Shown: piece by piece, positions 50,101 to 64,000 of the stretch
Layout: each line of letters opens with the position of its first letter
How positions within the stretch are numbered: position 1 is the stretch's first letter
Assembly (NCBI GenBank): GCA_964016885.1
Contig: OZ024742.1
Span: forward strand, 358,608,001 to 358,672,000
Origin: Eledone cirrhosa
Taxonomy: Eukaryota
Reading direction: 5' to 3'
DNA length: 64,000 nucleotides
Program-made: the position numbers and the translations under genes
Notes under the pieces: generated by a model
Told to the model about the DNA's origin: nothing
Seen by the model: only the letters and a program-made list of their open reading frames with translations
Databases searched by the model: none

Positions 50101-53100
50101 AGACAACATTTGTGGCAGATTGGTGGTGTTTACATGGTATTACCTGTTTGTAAACACTATTGGTAGCAGACTGGTGGTGTTTACATGGTGTTACTTCTGT
50201 GGTGAACACCATTGGTGGCAGACTGGTGGTGTTTACGTGGTGTTACTTCAGTGGCAAACACCATTGGTAGCAGATTGGTGGTGTTTACGTGGTGTTACTT
50301 CAGTGGTAAACACCATTGGTAGCAGACTGGTGGTGTTTACATGATGTTACTTCTGTGGTGACCACCATTGGTAGCAGACTGGTGGTATTTTCATGATGTT
50401 ATTTCGGTGGTAAACACCATTTATGGCAGATTGGTGGTGTTTACATGGTATTACCTGTGTTGTAAACAAAATTGGAGGCAGACTGGTGGTGTTTACATGG
50501 TGTTATTTCTGTGCTAAACACCATTGGTAGCAGACTGGTGGTGTTTACATGGTATTACATATGTGGTGAACACCATTGGTAGCTACTGGTGGTGTTTAAA
50601 TGTGTTACTTCTGTGGTGAACACCATTGGTAGCAGACTGGTGGTGTTTACATGGTGTTACTTCTGTGGTAAACACCATTGGTAGCAGACTAATGGTGTTT
50701 ATATGGTGTTACTTCAGTGGTAAACACCATTGGTAGCAGACTGGTTGTGTTTACATGGTGTTACTTCAGTAGTAAATACCCTTGTTAGCAGACTGGTGGT
50801 GTTTACATGGTGTTACTTCTGGGTGAACACCATTGGTAGCAGACTGGTGGTGTTTACATCGTGCTACTTGTGTGGTGAACACCATTGGTAGCAGACTGGT
50901 GGTGTTTACATGGTGTTACTTCTGTGGTGAACACCATTGGTAGCAGACAGGTGGTGTTTACATCGTGCTACTTGTGTGGTGAACACCATTGGTAGCAGAC
51001 TGGTGGTGTTTACATGGTGTTACTTCTGTGGTAAACACCATTGGTAGCAGACTGGTGGTGTTTACATGGTGTTACTTCTGTAGTAAACACCATTGGTAGC
51101 AGACTGGTGGTGTTTACATGGTGTTACTTCTGTGGTGAACACCATTGGTGGCAGACTGGTGGTGTGTAAGTGGTTTTCCTTCATTGGTAAACACCACTTG
51201 TAGCAGACTGGTGGTGTTGACATGGTGTTACTTCTGTGGTGAACACCATTAGTAGCAGACTGGTGGTGTTTACATGGTGTTACTTCTGTGTTAAACACCA
51301 TTGGTAGCAGACTGCTGGTGTTTACATGGTGTTACTTCTGTGGTAAACACCATTGGTAGCAGACTGCTGGTGTTTACATGGTATTAACTGTGAATAAACA
51401 CCATTGGTACCAGACTTGTGGTGTTTACATGGTGTTACTTCTGTGGTAAACACCATTGGGAGCAGACTGGTGGTGTTTATATGGTGTAACATCTGTGGTG
51501 AACACCATTGGTAGCAGACTGGTGGTGTTTACATGGTGTTACTTCTGTGGTAAACACCATTGTTAGCAGACTGGTGGTGTTTATATGCTGTTACTTCTGT
51601 GGTAAACGCCATTGGTAGCAGACTGGTGGTTTTTACATGGTGTTACTTCAGTAGTATACATCATTGGTGGCAGACTGGTGGTGTTTACATGGTATTACCT
51701 GTGTTGTAAACACCATTGGTAGCAGACTGGTGGTGTTTACATGGTGTTACTTCTGTGGTAAACACCATTGGTAGCAGACTGGTGGTGATTACATACTGTT
51801 ACTTCTGTGGTAAACACCATTGGTAGCAGACTGGTGGTGTTTACATGGTGTTACTTCAGTAGTATACATCATTAGTAGCAGACTGGTGGTGTTTACATGG
51901 TGTTACTTCTGTGGTAAACACCATTGGTAGCAGACTAGTGGTGTTTACATGGTGTTACTTCAGAGGTAAACACCATTGGTAGCAGACTGGTGTTGTTTAC
52001 ATGCTGCTACTTCAGTGGTAAACATCATTGGTGGCAGACTGGTGGTGTTTACATGCTGTTACTTCTGTGTTAAACAACATTTGTGGCAGATTGGTGGTGT
52101 TTACATGGTATTACCTGTTTGTAAACACCATTGGTAGCAGACTGGTGGTGTTTACATGGTGTTACTTCTGTGGTGAACACTATTGGTGGCAGACTGGTGG
52201 TGTTTCCGTGGTGTTACTTCAGTGGCAAACAGCATTGGTAGCAGATTGGTGGTGTTTACGTGGTGTTACTTCAGTGGTAAAGACCATTGGTAGCAGACTG
52301 GTGGTGTTTACATGATGTTACTTCTGTGGTGACCACCATTGGTAGCAGACTGGTGGTATTTACATGGTGTTATTTCAGTGGTAAACACCATTTATGGCAG
52401 ATTGGTGGTGTTTACATGGTATTACCTGTGTTGTAAACAAAATTGGAGGCAGACTGGTGGTGTTTACATGGTGTTACTTCTGTGGCGAACACCATTGGTA
52501 GCAGACTGGTGGTGTTTACATGGTATTACATATGTGGTGAACACCATTGGTAGCTACTGGTGGTGTTTAAATGTGTTACTTCTGTGGTGAACACCATTGG
52601 TAGCAGACTGGTGGTGTTTACATGGTGTTACTTCAGCAGTAAGTACCTTTGGTAGCAGACTGGTGGTGTTTACATGGTGTTCCTTCTGTGGTGAAAACCA
52701 TTGGTAGCAGACTGGTGGTGTTTACATCGTGCTACTTGTGTGGTGAACACCATTGGTAGCAGACTGGTGGTGTTTACATGGTGTTACTTCTGTGGTGAAC
52801 ACCATTGGTAGCAGACTGGTGGTGTTTAAATGGTGTTACTTCTGTGGTAAACACCATTGGTAGCAGACTGGTGGTATTTACATGGTGTTACTTCTGTGGT
52901 GAACACCATTGGTGGCAGACTGGTGGTGTTTAAGTGGTTTTTCTTCATTGGTAAACACCACTTGTAGCAGACTGGTGGTGTTGACATGGTGTTACTTCTG
53001 TGGTGAACACCATTTGTAGCAGACTGGTGGTGTTTACATGGTGTTACTTCTGTGTTAAACACCATTGTTAGCAGACTGCTGGTGTTTACATGGTGTTACT

Positions 53101-56100
53101 TCTGTGGTAAACACCATTGGTAGCAGACTGCTGGTGTTTAGATGGTATTAACTGTGAATAAACACCATTGGTAGCAGACTGGTGGTGTTTACATGGTGAA
53201 ACTTCTGTGGTAAACACCATTGGTAGCAGACTGGTGGTGTTTACATGGTGTTACTTCTGTGGTAAACACCATTGTTAGCAGACTGGTGGTGTTTACATGC
53301 TGTTACTTCTGTGGTAAACGCCATTGGTAGCAGACTGGTGTTGTTTACATGGTGTTACTTCAGTGGTAAACACCATTGGTGGCAGACTGGTGGTTTTTAC
53401 ATGGTGTTACGTCTGTGGTAAACACCATTGGTAGCAGACTGCTGGTGTTTACATGGTATTAACTGTGAATAAACACCATTGGTAGCAGACTGGTGGTGTT
53501 TACATGGTGTTACTTCTGTGGTAAACACCATTGGTAGCAGACTGCTGGTGTTTACATGGTATTAACTGTGAATAAACACCATTGGTAGCAGACTGGTGGT
53601 GTTTACATGGTGTTACTTCTGTGGTAAACACCATTGGTAGCAGACTGGTGGTGTTTACATGGTGTAACTTCTGTGGTGAACACCAGTGGTAGCAGACTGA
53701 TGGTTTTTACATGGTGTTACTTCTGTGGTAAACACCAGTGGTGGCAGAATGGTGGTGTGTACATGGTGTTACTTCTGTGATGAACACCTTTGGTAGCAGA
53801 CTGGTGGTGTTTACATGGTGTTACTTCTGTGGTGAACACCATTGGTAGCAGACTGGTGGTGTTTACATGGTGTTACTTCAGTGGTAAACACAATTTGTGG
53901 CAGATTGGTGTTGTTTACATGGTATTACCTGTGTTGTAAACACCATTGGTAGCAGACTGGTGGTGTTTATATGGTGTTACTTCTGTGGTAAACACCATTG
54001 GTAGCAGACTGGTGGTGATTACATGCTGTTACTTCTGTGGTAAACACCATTGGTAGCAGACTGGTGGTGTTTACATGGTGTTACTTCAGTGGTAAACATC
54101 ATTAGTAGCAGACTGGTGGTGTTTACATGGTGTTACTTCTGTGGTAAACACCATTGGTAGCAGACTAATGGTGTTTATATGGTGTTACTTCAGTGGTAAA
54201 CACCATTGGTAGCAGACTGGTTGTGTTTACATGGTGTTACTTCAGTAGTAAATACCCTTGTTAGCAGACTGGTGGTGTTTACATGGTGTTACTTCTGTGG
54301 TGAACACCATTGGTAGCAGACTGGTGGTGTTTACATCGTGCTACTTGTGTGGTGAACACCATTGGTAGCAGACTGGTGGTGTTTACATGGTGTTACTTCT
54401 GTGGTGAACACCATTGGTAGCAGACAGGTGGTGTTTACATCGTGCTACTTGTGTGGTGAACACCATTGGTAGCAGACTGGTGGTGTTTACATGGTGTTAC
54501 TTCTGTGGTAAACACCATTGGCAGCAGACTGGTGGTGTTTACATGGTGTTACTTCTGTAGTAAACACCATTGGTAGCAGACTGGTGGTGTTTACATGGTG
54601 TTACTTCTGTGGTGAACACCATTGGTGGCAGACTGGTGGTGTGTAAGTGGTTTTCCTTCATTGGTAAACACCACTTGTAGCAGACTGGTGGTGTTGACAT
54701 GGTGTTACTTCTGTGGTGAACACCATTAGTAGCAGACTGGTGGTGTTTACATGGTGTTACTTCTCTGTTAAACACCATTGGTAGCAGACTGCTGGTGTTT
54801 ACATGGTGTTACTTCTGTGGTAAACACCATTGGTAGCAGACTGCTGGTGTTTACATGGTATTAACTGTGAATAAACACCATTGGTACCAGACTTGTGGTG
54901 TTTACATGGTGTTACTTCTGTGGTAAACACCATTGGGAGCAGACTGGTGGTGTTTATATGGTGTAACATCTGTGGTAAACACCATTGTTAGCAGACTGGT
55001 GGTGTTTATATGCTGTTACTTCTGTGGTAAACGCCATTGGTAGCAGACTGGTGGTTTTTACATGGTGTTACTTCAGTAGTATACATCATTGGTGGCAGAC
55101 TGGTGGTGTTTACATGGTATTACCTGTGTTGTAAACACCATTGGTAGCAGACTGGTGGTGTTTACATGGTGTTACTTCTGTGGTAAACACCATTGGTAGC
55201 AGACTGGTGGTGATTACATGCTGTTACTTCTGTGGTAAACACCATTGGTAGCAGACTGGTGGTGTTTACATGGTGTTACTTCAGTAGTATACATCATTAG
55301 TAGCAGACTGGTGGTGTTTACATGGTGTTACTTCTGTGGTAAACACCATTGGTAGCAGACTAGTGGTGTTTACATGGTGTTACTTCAGAGGTAAACACCA
55401 TTGGTAGCAGACTGGTGTTGTTTACATGGTGCTACTTCAGTGGTAAACATCATTGGTGGCAGACTGGTGGTGTTTACATGCTGTTACTTCTGTGGTAAAC
55501 AACATTTGTGGCAGATTGGTGGTGTTTACATGGTATTACCTGTTTGTAAACACCATTGGTAGCAGACTGTTGGTGTTTACATGGTGTTACTTCTGTGGTG
55601 AACACCATTGGTAGCAGACTGGTGGTGTTTACATCGTGCTACTTGTGTGGTGAACACCATTGGTAGCAGACTGGTGGTGTTTACATGGTGTTACTTCTGT
55701 GGTGAACACCATTGGTAGCAGACAGGTGGTGTTTACATCGTGCTACTTGTGTGGTGAACACCATTGGTAGCAGACTGGTGGTGTTTACATGGTGTTACTT
55801 CTGTGGTAAACACCATTGGCAGCAGACTGGTGGTGTTTACATGGTGTTACTTCTGTAGTAAACACCATTGGTAGCAGACTGGTGGTGTTTACATGGTGTT
55901 ACTTCTGTGGTGAACACCATTGGTGGCAGACTGGTGGTGTGTAAGTGGTTTTCCTTCATTGGTAAACACCACTTGTAGCAGACTGGTGGTGTTGACATGG
56001 TGTTACTTCTGTGGTGAACACCATTAGTAGCAGACTGGTGGTGTTTACATGGTGTTACTTCTCTGTTAAACACCATTGGTAGCAGACTGCTGGTGTTTAC

Positions 56101-59100
56101 ATGGTGTTACTTCTGTGGTAAACACCATTGGTAGCAGACTGCTGGTGTTTACATGGTATTAACTGTGAATAAACACCATTGGTACCAGACTTGTGGTGTT
56201 TACATGGTGTTACTTCTGTGGTAAACACCATTGGGAGCAGACTGGTGGTGTTTATATGGTGTAACATCTGTGGTAAACACCATTGTTAGCAGACTGGTGG
56301 TGTTTATATGCTGTTACTTCTGTGGTAAACGCCATTGGTAGCAGACTGGTGGTTTTTACATGGTGTTACTTCAGTAGTATACATCATTGGTGGCAGACTG
56401 GTGGTGTTTACATGGTATTACCTGTGTTGTAAACACCATTGGTAGCAGACTGGTGGTGTTTACATGGTGTTACTTCTGTGGTAAACACCATTGGTAGCAG
56501 ACTGGTGGTGATTACATGCTGTTACTTCTGTGGTAAACACCATTGGTAGCAGACTGGTGGTGTTTACATGGTGTTACTTCAGTAGTATACATCATTAGTA
56601 GCAGACTGGTGGTGTTTACATGGTGTTACTTCTGTGGTAAACACCATTGGTAGCAGACTAGTGGTGTTTACATGGTGTTACTTCAGAGGTAAACACCATT
56701 GGTAGCAGACTGGTGTTGTTTACATGGTGCTACTTCAGTGGTAAACATCATTGGTGGCAGACTGGTGGTGTTTACATGCTGTTACTTCTGTGGTAAACAA
56801 CATTTGTGGCAGATTGGTGGTGTTTACATGGTATTACCTGTTTGTAAACACCATTGGTAGCAGACTGGTGGTGTTTACATGGTGTTACTTCTGTGGTGAA
56901 CACCATTGGTGGCAGACTGGTGGTGTTTCCGTGGTGTTACTTCAGTGGCAAACAGCATTGGTAGCAGATTGGTGGTGTTTACGTGGTGTTACTTCAGTGG
57001 TAAAGACCATTGGTAGCAGACTGGTGGTGTTTACATGATGTTACTTCTGTGGTGACCACCATTGGTAGCAGACTGGTGGTATTTACATGGTGTTATTTCA
57101 GTGGTAAACACCATTTATGGCAGATTGGTGGTGTTTACATGGTATTACCTGTGTTGTAAACAAAATTGGAGGCAGACTGGTGGTGTTTACATGGTGTTAC
57201 TTCTGTGGTGAACACCATTGGTAGCAGACTGGTGGTGTTTACATGGTATTACATATGTGGTGAACACCATTGGTAGCTACTGGTGGTGTTTAAATGTGTT
57301 ACTTCTGTGGTGAACACCATTGGTAGCAGACTGGTGGTGTTTACATGGTGTTACTTCAGCAGTAAGTACCTTTGGTAGCAGACTGGTGGTGTTTACATGG
57401 TGTTCCTTCTGTGGTGAAAACCATTGGTAGCAGACTGGTGGTGTTTACATCGTGCTACTTGTGTGGTGAACACCATTGGTAGCAGACTGGTGGTGTTTAC
57501 ATGGTGTTACTTCTGTGGTGAACACCATTGGTAGCAGACTGGTGGTGTTTAAATGGTGTTACTTCTGTGGTAAACACCATTGGTAGCAGACTGGTGGTAT
57601 TTACATGGTGTTACTTCTGTGGTGAACACCATTGGTGGCAGACTGGTGGTGTTTAAGTGGTTTTTCTTCATTGGTAAACACCACTTGTAGCAGACTGGTG
57701 GTGTTGACATGGTGTTACTTCTGTGGTGAACACCATTTGTAGCAGACTGGTGGTGTTTACATGGTGTTACTTCTGTGTTAAACACCATTGTTAGCAGACT
57801 GCTGGTGTTTACATGGTGTTACTTCTGTGGTAAACACCATTGGTAGCAGACTGCTGGTGTTTAGATGGTATTAACTGTGAATAAACACCATTGGTAGCAG
57901 ACTGGTGGTGTTTACATGGTGAAACTTCTGTGGTAAACACCATTGGTAGCAGACTGGTGGTGTTTACATGGTGTTACTTCTGTGGTAAACACCATTGTTA
58001 GCAGACTGGTGGTGTTTACATGCTGTTACTTCTGTGGTAAACACCATTGGTAGCAGACTGGTGTTGTTTACATGGTGTTACTTCAGTGGTAAACACCATT
58101 GGTGGCAGACTGGTGGTTTTTACATGGTGTTACGTCTGTGGTAAACACCATTGGTAGCAGACTGCTGGTGTTTACATGGTATTAACTGTGAATAAACACC
58201 ATTGGTAGCAGACTGGTGGTGTTTACATGGTGTTACTTCTGTGGTAAACACCATTGGTAGCAGACTGCTGGTGTTTACATGGTATTAACTGTGAATAAAC
58301 ACCATTGGTAGCAGACTGGTGGTGTTTACATGGTGTTACTTCTGTGGTAAACACCATTGGTAGCAGACTGGTGGTGTTTACATGGTGTAACTTCTGTGGT
58401 GAACACCAGTGGTAGCAGACTGGTGGTTTTTACATGGTGTTACTTCTGTGGTAAACACCAGTGGTGGCAGAATGGTGGTGTGTACATGGTGTTACTTCTG
58501 TGATGAACACCTTTGGTAGCAGACTGGTGGTGTTTACATGGTGTTACTTCTGTGGTGAACACCATTGGTAGCAGACTGGTGGTGTTTACATGGTGTTACT
58601 TCAGTGGTAAACACAATTTGTGGCAGATTGGTGTTGTTTACATGGTATTACCTGTGTTGTAAACACCATTGGTAGCAGACTGGTGGTGTTTATATGGTGT
58701 TACTTCTGTGGTAAACACCATTGGTAGCAGACTGGTGGTGATTACATGCTGTTACTTCTGTGGTAAACACCATTGGTAGCAGACTGGTGGTGTTTACATG
58801 GTGTTACTTCAGTGGTAAACATCATTAGTAGCAGACTGGTGGTGTTTACATGGTGTTACTTCTGTGGTAAACACCATTGGTAGCAGACTAATGGTGTTTA
58901 TATGGTGTTACTTCAGTGGTAAACACCATTGGTAGCAGACTGGTTGTGTTTACATGGTGTTACTTCAGTAGTAAATACCCTTGTTAGCAGACTGGTGGTG
59001 TTTACATGGTGTTACTTCTGTGGTGAACACCATTGGTAGCAGACTGGTGGTGTTTACATCGTGCTACTTGTGTGGTGAACACCATTGGTAGCAGACTGGT

Positions 59101-62100
59101 GGTGTTTACATGGTGTTACTTCTGTGGTGAACACCATTGGTAGCAGACAGGTGGTGTTTACATCGTGCTACTTGTGTGGTGAACACCATTGGTAGCAGAC
59201 TGGTGGTGTTTACATGGTGTTACTTCTGTGGTAAACACCATTGGTAGCAGACTGGTGGTGTTTACATGGTGTTACTTCTGTAGTAAACACCATTGGTAGC
59301 AGACTGGTGGTGTTTACATGGTGTTACTTCTGTGGTGAACACCATTGGTGGCAGACTGGTGGTGTGTAAGTGGTTTTCCTTCATTGGTAAACACCACTTG
59401 TAGCAGACTGGTGGTGTTGACATGGTGTTACTTCTGTGGTGAACACCATTAGTAGCAGACTGGTGGTGTTTACATGGTGTTACTTCTGTGTTAAACACCA
59501 TTGGTAGCAGACTGCTGGTGTTTACATGGTGTTACTTCTGTGGTAAACACCATTGGTAGCAGACTGCTGGTGTTTACATGGTATTAACTGTGAATAAACA
59601 CAATTGGTACCAGACTTGTGGTGTTTACATGGTGTTACTTCTGTGGTAAACACCATTGGGAGCAGACTGGTGGTGTTTATATGGTGTAACATCTGTGGTG
59701 AACACCATTGGTAGCAGACTGGTGGTGTTTACATGGTGTTACTTCTGTGGTAAACACCATTGTTAGCAGACTGGTGGTGTTTATATGCTGTTACTTCTGT
59801 GGTAAACGCCATTGGTAGCAGACTGGTGGTTTTTACATGGTGTTACTTCAGTAGTATACATCATTGGTGGCAGACTGGTGGTGTTTACATGGTATTACCT
59901 GTGTTGTAAACACCATTGGTAGCAGACTGGTGGTGTTTACATGGTGTTACTTCTGTGGTAAACACCATTGGTAGCAGACTGGTGGTGATTACATGCTGTT
60001 ACTTCTGTGGTAAACACCATTGGTAGCAGACTGGTGGTGTTTACATGGTGTTACTTCAGTAGTATACATCATTAGTAGCAGACTGGTGGTGTTTACATGG
60101 TGTTACTTCTGTGGTAAACACCATTGGTAGCAGACTAGTGGTGTTTACATGGTGTTACTTCAGAGGTAAACACCATTGGTAGCAGACTGGTGTTGTTTAC
60201 ATGGTGCTACTTCAGTGGTAAACATCATTGGTGGCAGACTGGTGGTGTTTACATGCTGTTACTTCTGTGGTAAACAACATTTGTGGCAGATTGGTGGTGT
60301 TTACATGGTATTACCTGTTTGTAAACACCATTGGTAGCAGACTGGTGGTGTTTACATGGTGTTACTTCTGTGGTGAACACCATTGGTGGCAGACTGGTGG
60401 TGTTTCCGTGGTGTTACTTCAGTGGCAAACAGCATTGGTAGCAGATTGGTGGTGTTTACGTGGTGTTACTTCAGTGGTAAAGACCATTGGTAGCAGACTG
60501 GTGGTGTTTACATGATGTTACTTCTGTGGTGACCACCATTGGTAGCACACTGGTGGTATTTACATGGTGTTATTTCAGTGGTAAACACCATTTATGGCAG
60601 ATTGGTGGTGTTTACATGGTATTACCTGTGTTGTAAACAAAATTGGAGGCAGACTGGTGGTGTTTACATGGTGTTACTTCTGTGGTGAACACCATTGGTA
60701 GCAGACTGGTGGTGTTTACATGGTATTACATATGTGGTGAACACCATTGGTAGCTACTGGTGGTGTTTAAATGTGTTACTTCTGTGGTGAACACCATTGG
60801 TAGCAGACTGGTGGTGTTTACATGGTGTTACTTCAGCAGTAAGTACCTTTGGTAGCAGACTGGTGGTGTTTACATGGTGTTCCTTCTGTGGTGAAAACCA
60901 TTGGTAGCAGACTGGTGGTGTTTACATCGTGCTACTTGTGTGGTGAACACCATTGGTAGCAGACTGGTGGTGTTTACATGGTGTTACTTCTGTGGTGAAC
61001 ACCATTGGTAGCAGACTGGTGGTGTTTAAATGGTGTTACTTCTGTGGTAAACACCATTGGTAGCAGACTGGTGGTATTTACATGGTGTTACTTCTGTGGT
61101 GAACACCATTGGTGGCAGACTGGTGGTGTTTAAGTGGTTTTTCTTCATTGGTAAACACCACTTGTAGCAGACTGGTGGTGTTGACATGGTGTTACTTCTG
61201 TGGTGAACACCATTTGTAGCAGACTGGTGGTGTTTACATGGTGTTACTTCTGTGTTAAACACCATTGTTAGCAGACTGCTGGTGTTTACATGGTGTTACT
61301 TCTGTGGTAAACACCATTGGTAGCAGACTGCTGGTGTTTAGATGGTATTAACTGTGAATAAACACCATTGGCAGCAGACTGGTGGTGTTTACATGGTGAA
61401 ACTTCTGTGGTAAACACCATTGGTAGCAGACTGGTGGTGTTTACATGGTGTTACTTCTGTGGTAAACACCATTGTTAGCAGACTGGTGGTGTTTACATGC
61501 TGTTACTTCTGTGGTAAACGCCATTGGTAGCAGACTGGTGTTGTTTACATGGTGTTACTTCAGTGGTAAACACCATTGGTGGCAGACTGGTGGTTTTTAC
61601 ATGGTGTTACGTCTGTGGTAAACACCGTTGGTAGCAGACTGCTGGTGTTTACATGGTATTAACTGTGAATAAACACCATTGGTAGCAGACTGGTGGTGTT
61701 TACATGGTGTTACTTCTGTGGTAAACACCATTGGTAGCAGACTGCTGGTGTTTACATGGTATTAACTGTGAATAAACACCATTGGTAGCAGACTGGTGGT
61801 GTTTACATGGTGTTACTTCTGTGGTAAACACCATTGGTAGCAGACTGGTGGTGTTTACATGGTGTAACTTCTGTGGTGAACACCAGTGGTAGCAGACTGG
61901 TGGTTTTTACATGGTGTTACTTCTGTGGTAAACACCAGTGGTGGCAGAATGGTGGTGTGTACATGGTGTTACTTCTGTGATGAACACCTTTGGTAGCAGA
62001 CTGGTGGTGTTTACATGGTGTTACTTCTGTGGTGAACACCATTGGTAGCAGACTGGTGGTGTTTACATGGTGTTACTTCAGTGGTAAACACAATTTGTGG

Positions 62101-64000
62101 CAGATTGGTGTTGTTTACATGGTATTACCTGTGTTGTAAACACCATTGGTAGCAGACTGGTGGTGTTTATATGGTGTTACTTCTGTGGTAAACACCATTG
62201 GTAGCAGACTTGTGGTGATTACATGCTGTTACTTCTGTGGTAAACACCATTGGTAGCAGACTGGTGGTGTTTACATGGTGTTACTTCAGTGGTAAACATC
62301 ATTAGTAGCAGACTGGTGGTGTTTACATGGTGTTACTTCTGTGGTAAACACCATTGGTAGCAGACTAATGGTGTTTATATGGTGTTACTTCAGTGGTAAA
62401 CACCATTGGTAGCAGACTGGTGTTGTTTACATGGTGCTACTTCAGTGGTAAACATCATTGGTGGCAGACTGGTGGTGTTTACATGCTGTTACTTCTGTGG
62501 TGAACACCATTGGTAGCAGACTGGTGGTGTTTACATGGTGTTACTTCAGTGGTAAACAACATTTGTGGCAGATTGGTGGTGTTTACATGGTATTACCTGT
62601 TTGTAAACACTATTGGTAGCAGACTGGTGGTGTTTACATGGTGTTACTTCTGTGGTGAACACCATTGGTGGCAGACTGGTGGTGTTTACGTGGTGTTACT
62701 TCAGTGGCAAACACCATTGGTAGCAGATTGGTGGTGTTTACGTGGTGTTACTTCAGTGGTAAACACCATTGGTAGCAGACTGGTGGTGTTTACATGATGT
62801 TACTTCTGTGGTGACCACCATTGGTAGCAGACTGGTGGTATTTACATGGTGTTATTTCAGTGGTAAACACCATTTATGGCAGATTGGTGGTGTTTACATG
62901 GTATTACCTGTGTTGTAAACAAAATTGGAGGCAGACTGGTGGTGTTTACATGGTGTTATTTCTGTGCTAAACACCATTGGTAGCAGACTGGTGGTGTTTA
63001 CATGGTATTACATATGTGGTGAACACCATTGGTAGCTACTGGTGGTGTTTAAATGTGTTACTTCTGTGGTGAACATCATTAGTAGCAGACTGGTGGTGTT
63101 TACATGGTGTTACTTCTGTGGTAAACACCATTGGTAGCAGACTAATGGTGTTTATATGGTGTTACTTCAGTGGTAAACACCATTGGTAGCAGACTGGTTG
63201 TGTTTACATGGTGTTACTTCAGTAGTAAATACCCTTGTTAGCAGACTGGTGGTGTTTACATGGTGTTACTTCTGTGGTGAACACCATTGGTAGCAGACTG
63301 GTGGTGTTTACATCGTGCTACTTGTGTGGTGAACACCATTGGTAGCAGACTGGTGGTGTTTACATGGTGTTACTTCTGTGGTGAACACCATTGGTAGCAG
63401 ACAGGTGGTGTTTACATCGTGCTACTTGTGTGGTGAACACCATTGGTAGCAGACTGGTGGTGTTTACATGGTGTTACTTCTGTGGTAAACACCATTGGTA
63501 GCAGACTGGTGGTGTTTACATGGTGTTACTTCTGTAGTAAACACCATTGGTAGCAGACTGGTGGTGTTTACATGGTGTTACTTCTGTGGTGAACACCATT
63601 AGTAGCAGACTGGTGGTGTTTACATGGTGTTACTTCTGTGTTAAACACCATTGGTAGCAGACTGCTGGTGTTTACATGGTGTTACTTCTGTGGTAAACAC
63701 CATTGGTAGCAGACTGCTGGTGTTTACATGGTATTAACTGTGAATAAACACCATTGGTACCAGACTTGTGGTGTTTACATGGTGTTACTTCTGTGGTAAA
63801 CACCATTGGGAGCAGACTGGTGGTGTTTATATGGTCTAACATCTGTGGTGAACACCATTGGTAGCAGACTGGTGGTGTTTACATGGTGTTACTTCTGTGG
63901 TAAACACCATTGTTAGCAGACTGGTGGTGTTTATATGCTGTTACTTCTGTGGTAAACGCCATTGGTAGCAGACTGGTGGTTTTTACATGGTGTTACTTCA
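26145..64000. repeat. 52-bp satellite array (>=37.8 kb, ~730 monomers), consensus GGTAGCAGACTGGTGGTGTTTACATGGTGTTACTTCTGTGGTAAACACCATT
   Basis: Period measured directly (26224 to 26276); one orientation throughout, no TE insertions seen, runs off the window end; higher-order duplications present. Confidence 0.98.

Noticed and set aside
28378-62797. Many short Trp/Val-rich or His/Thr-rich ORFs in the satellite
   Set aside because: The 52-bp unit is not a multiple of 3 and consensus frames contain stops; ORFs arise where variants remove a stop.
26145-64000. CRISPR-like array (palindromic repeats at regular spacing)
   Set aside because: No unique spacers, the whole monomer repeats, no cas genes, eukaryotic TE context.

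Overview
Eukaryotic, repeat-dominated window with no confidently identifiable host gene. The SINE/RTE tails and (TA)n/(GAT)n content suggest a cephalopod such as Octopus; this is inference only. Layout: 1-2.3 kb is a 27-bp GT-rich repeat whose minus strand is a stop-free Thr/Asn frame. 2.7-4.8 kb is a 48-bp minisatellite amplified from an RTE/SINE 3' tail. 4.9-26 kb is a nest of retroelements in (TA)n microsatellites: two CR1/L2-like fragments, two Penelope-like elements (RT + GIY-YIG) plus non-coding Penelope-type termini, one near-full-length and one 5'-truncated RTE LINE with a PHD-type finger after the RT core, tRNA-derived SINEs and a MITE. 26.1-64 kb is an uninterrupted 52-bp satellite (~730 monomers) with an internal dyad and kb-scale higher-order repeats. 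Main hidden structures: three minimal type I hammerhead ribozymes read directly from the sequence (one with a U3-A8 core swap), two back-to-back fold-back inversions at a Penelope junction, and a LINE-tail sub-repeat present at about 2, 5-6 and 44 copies in one window.
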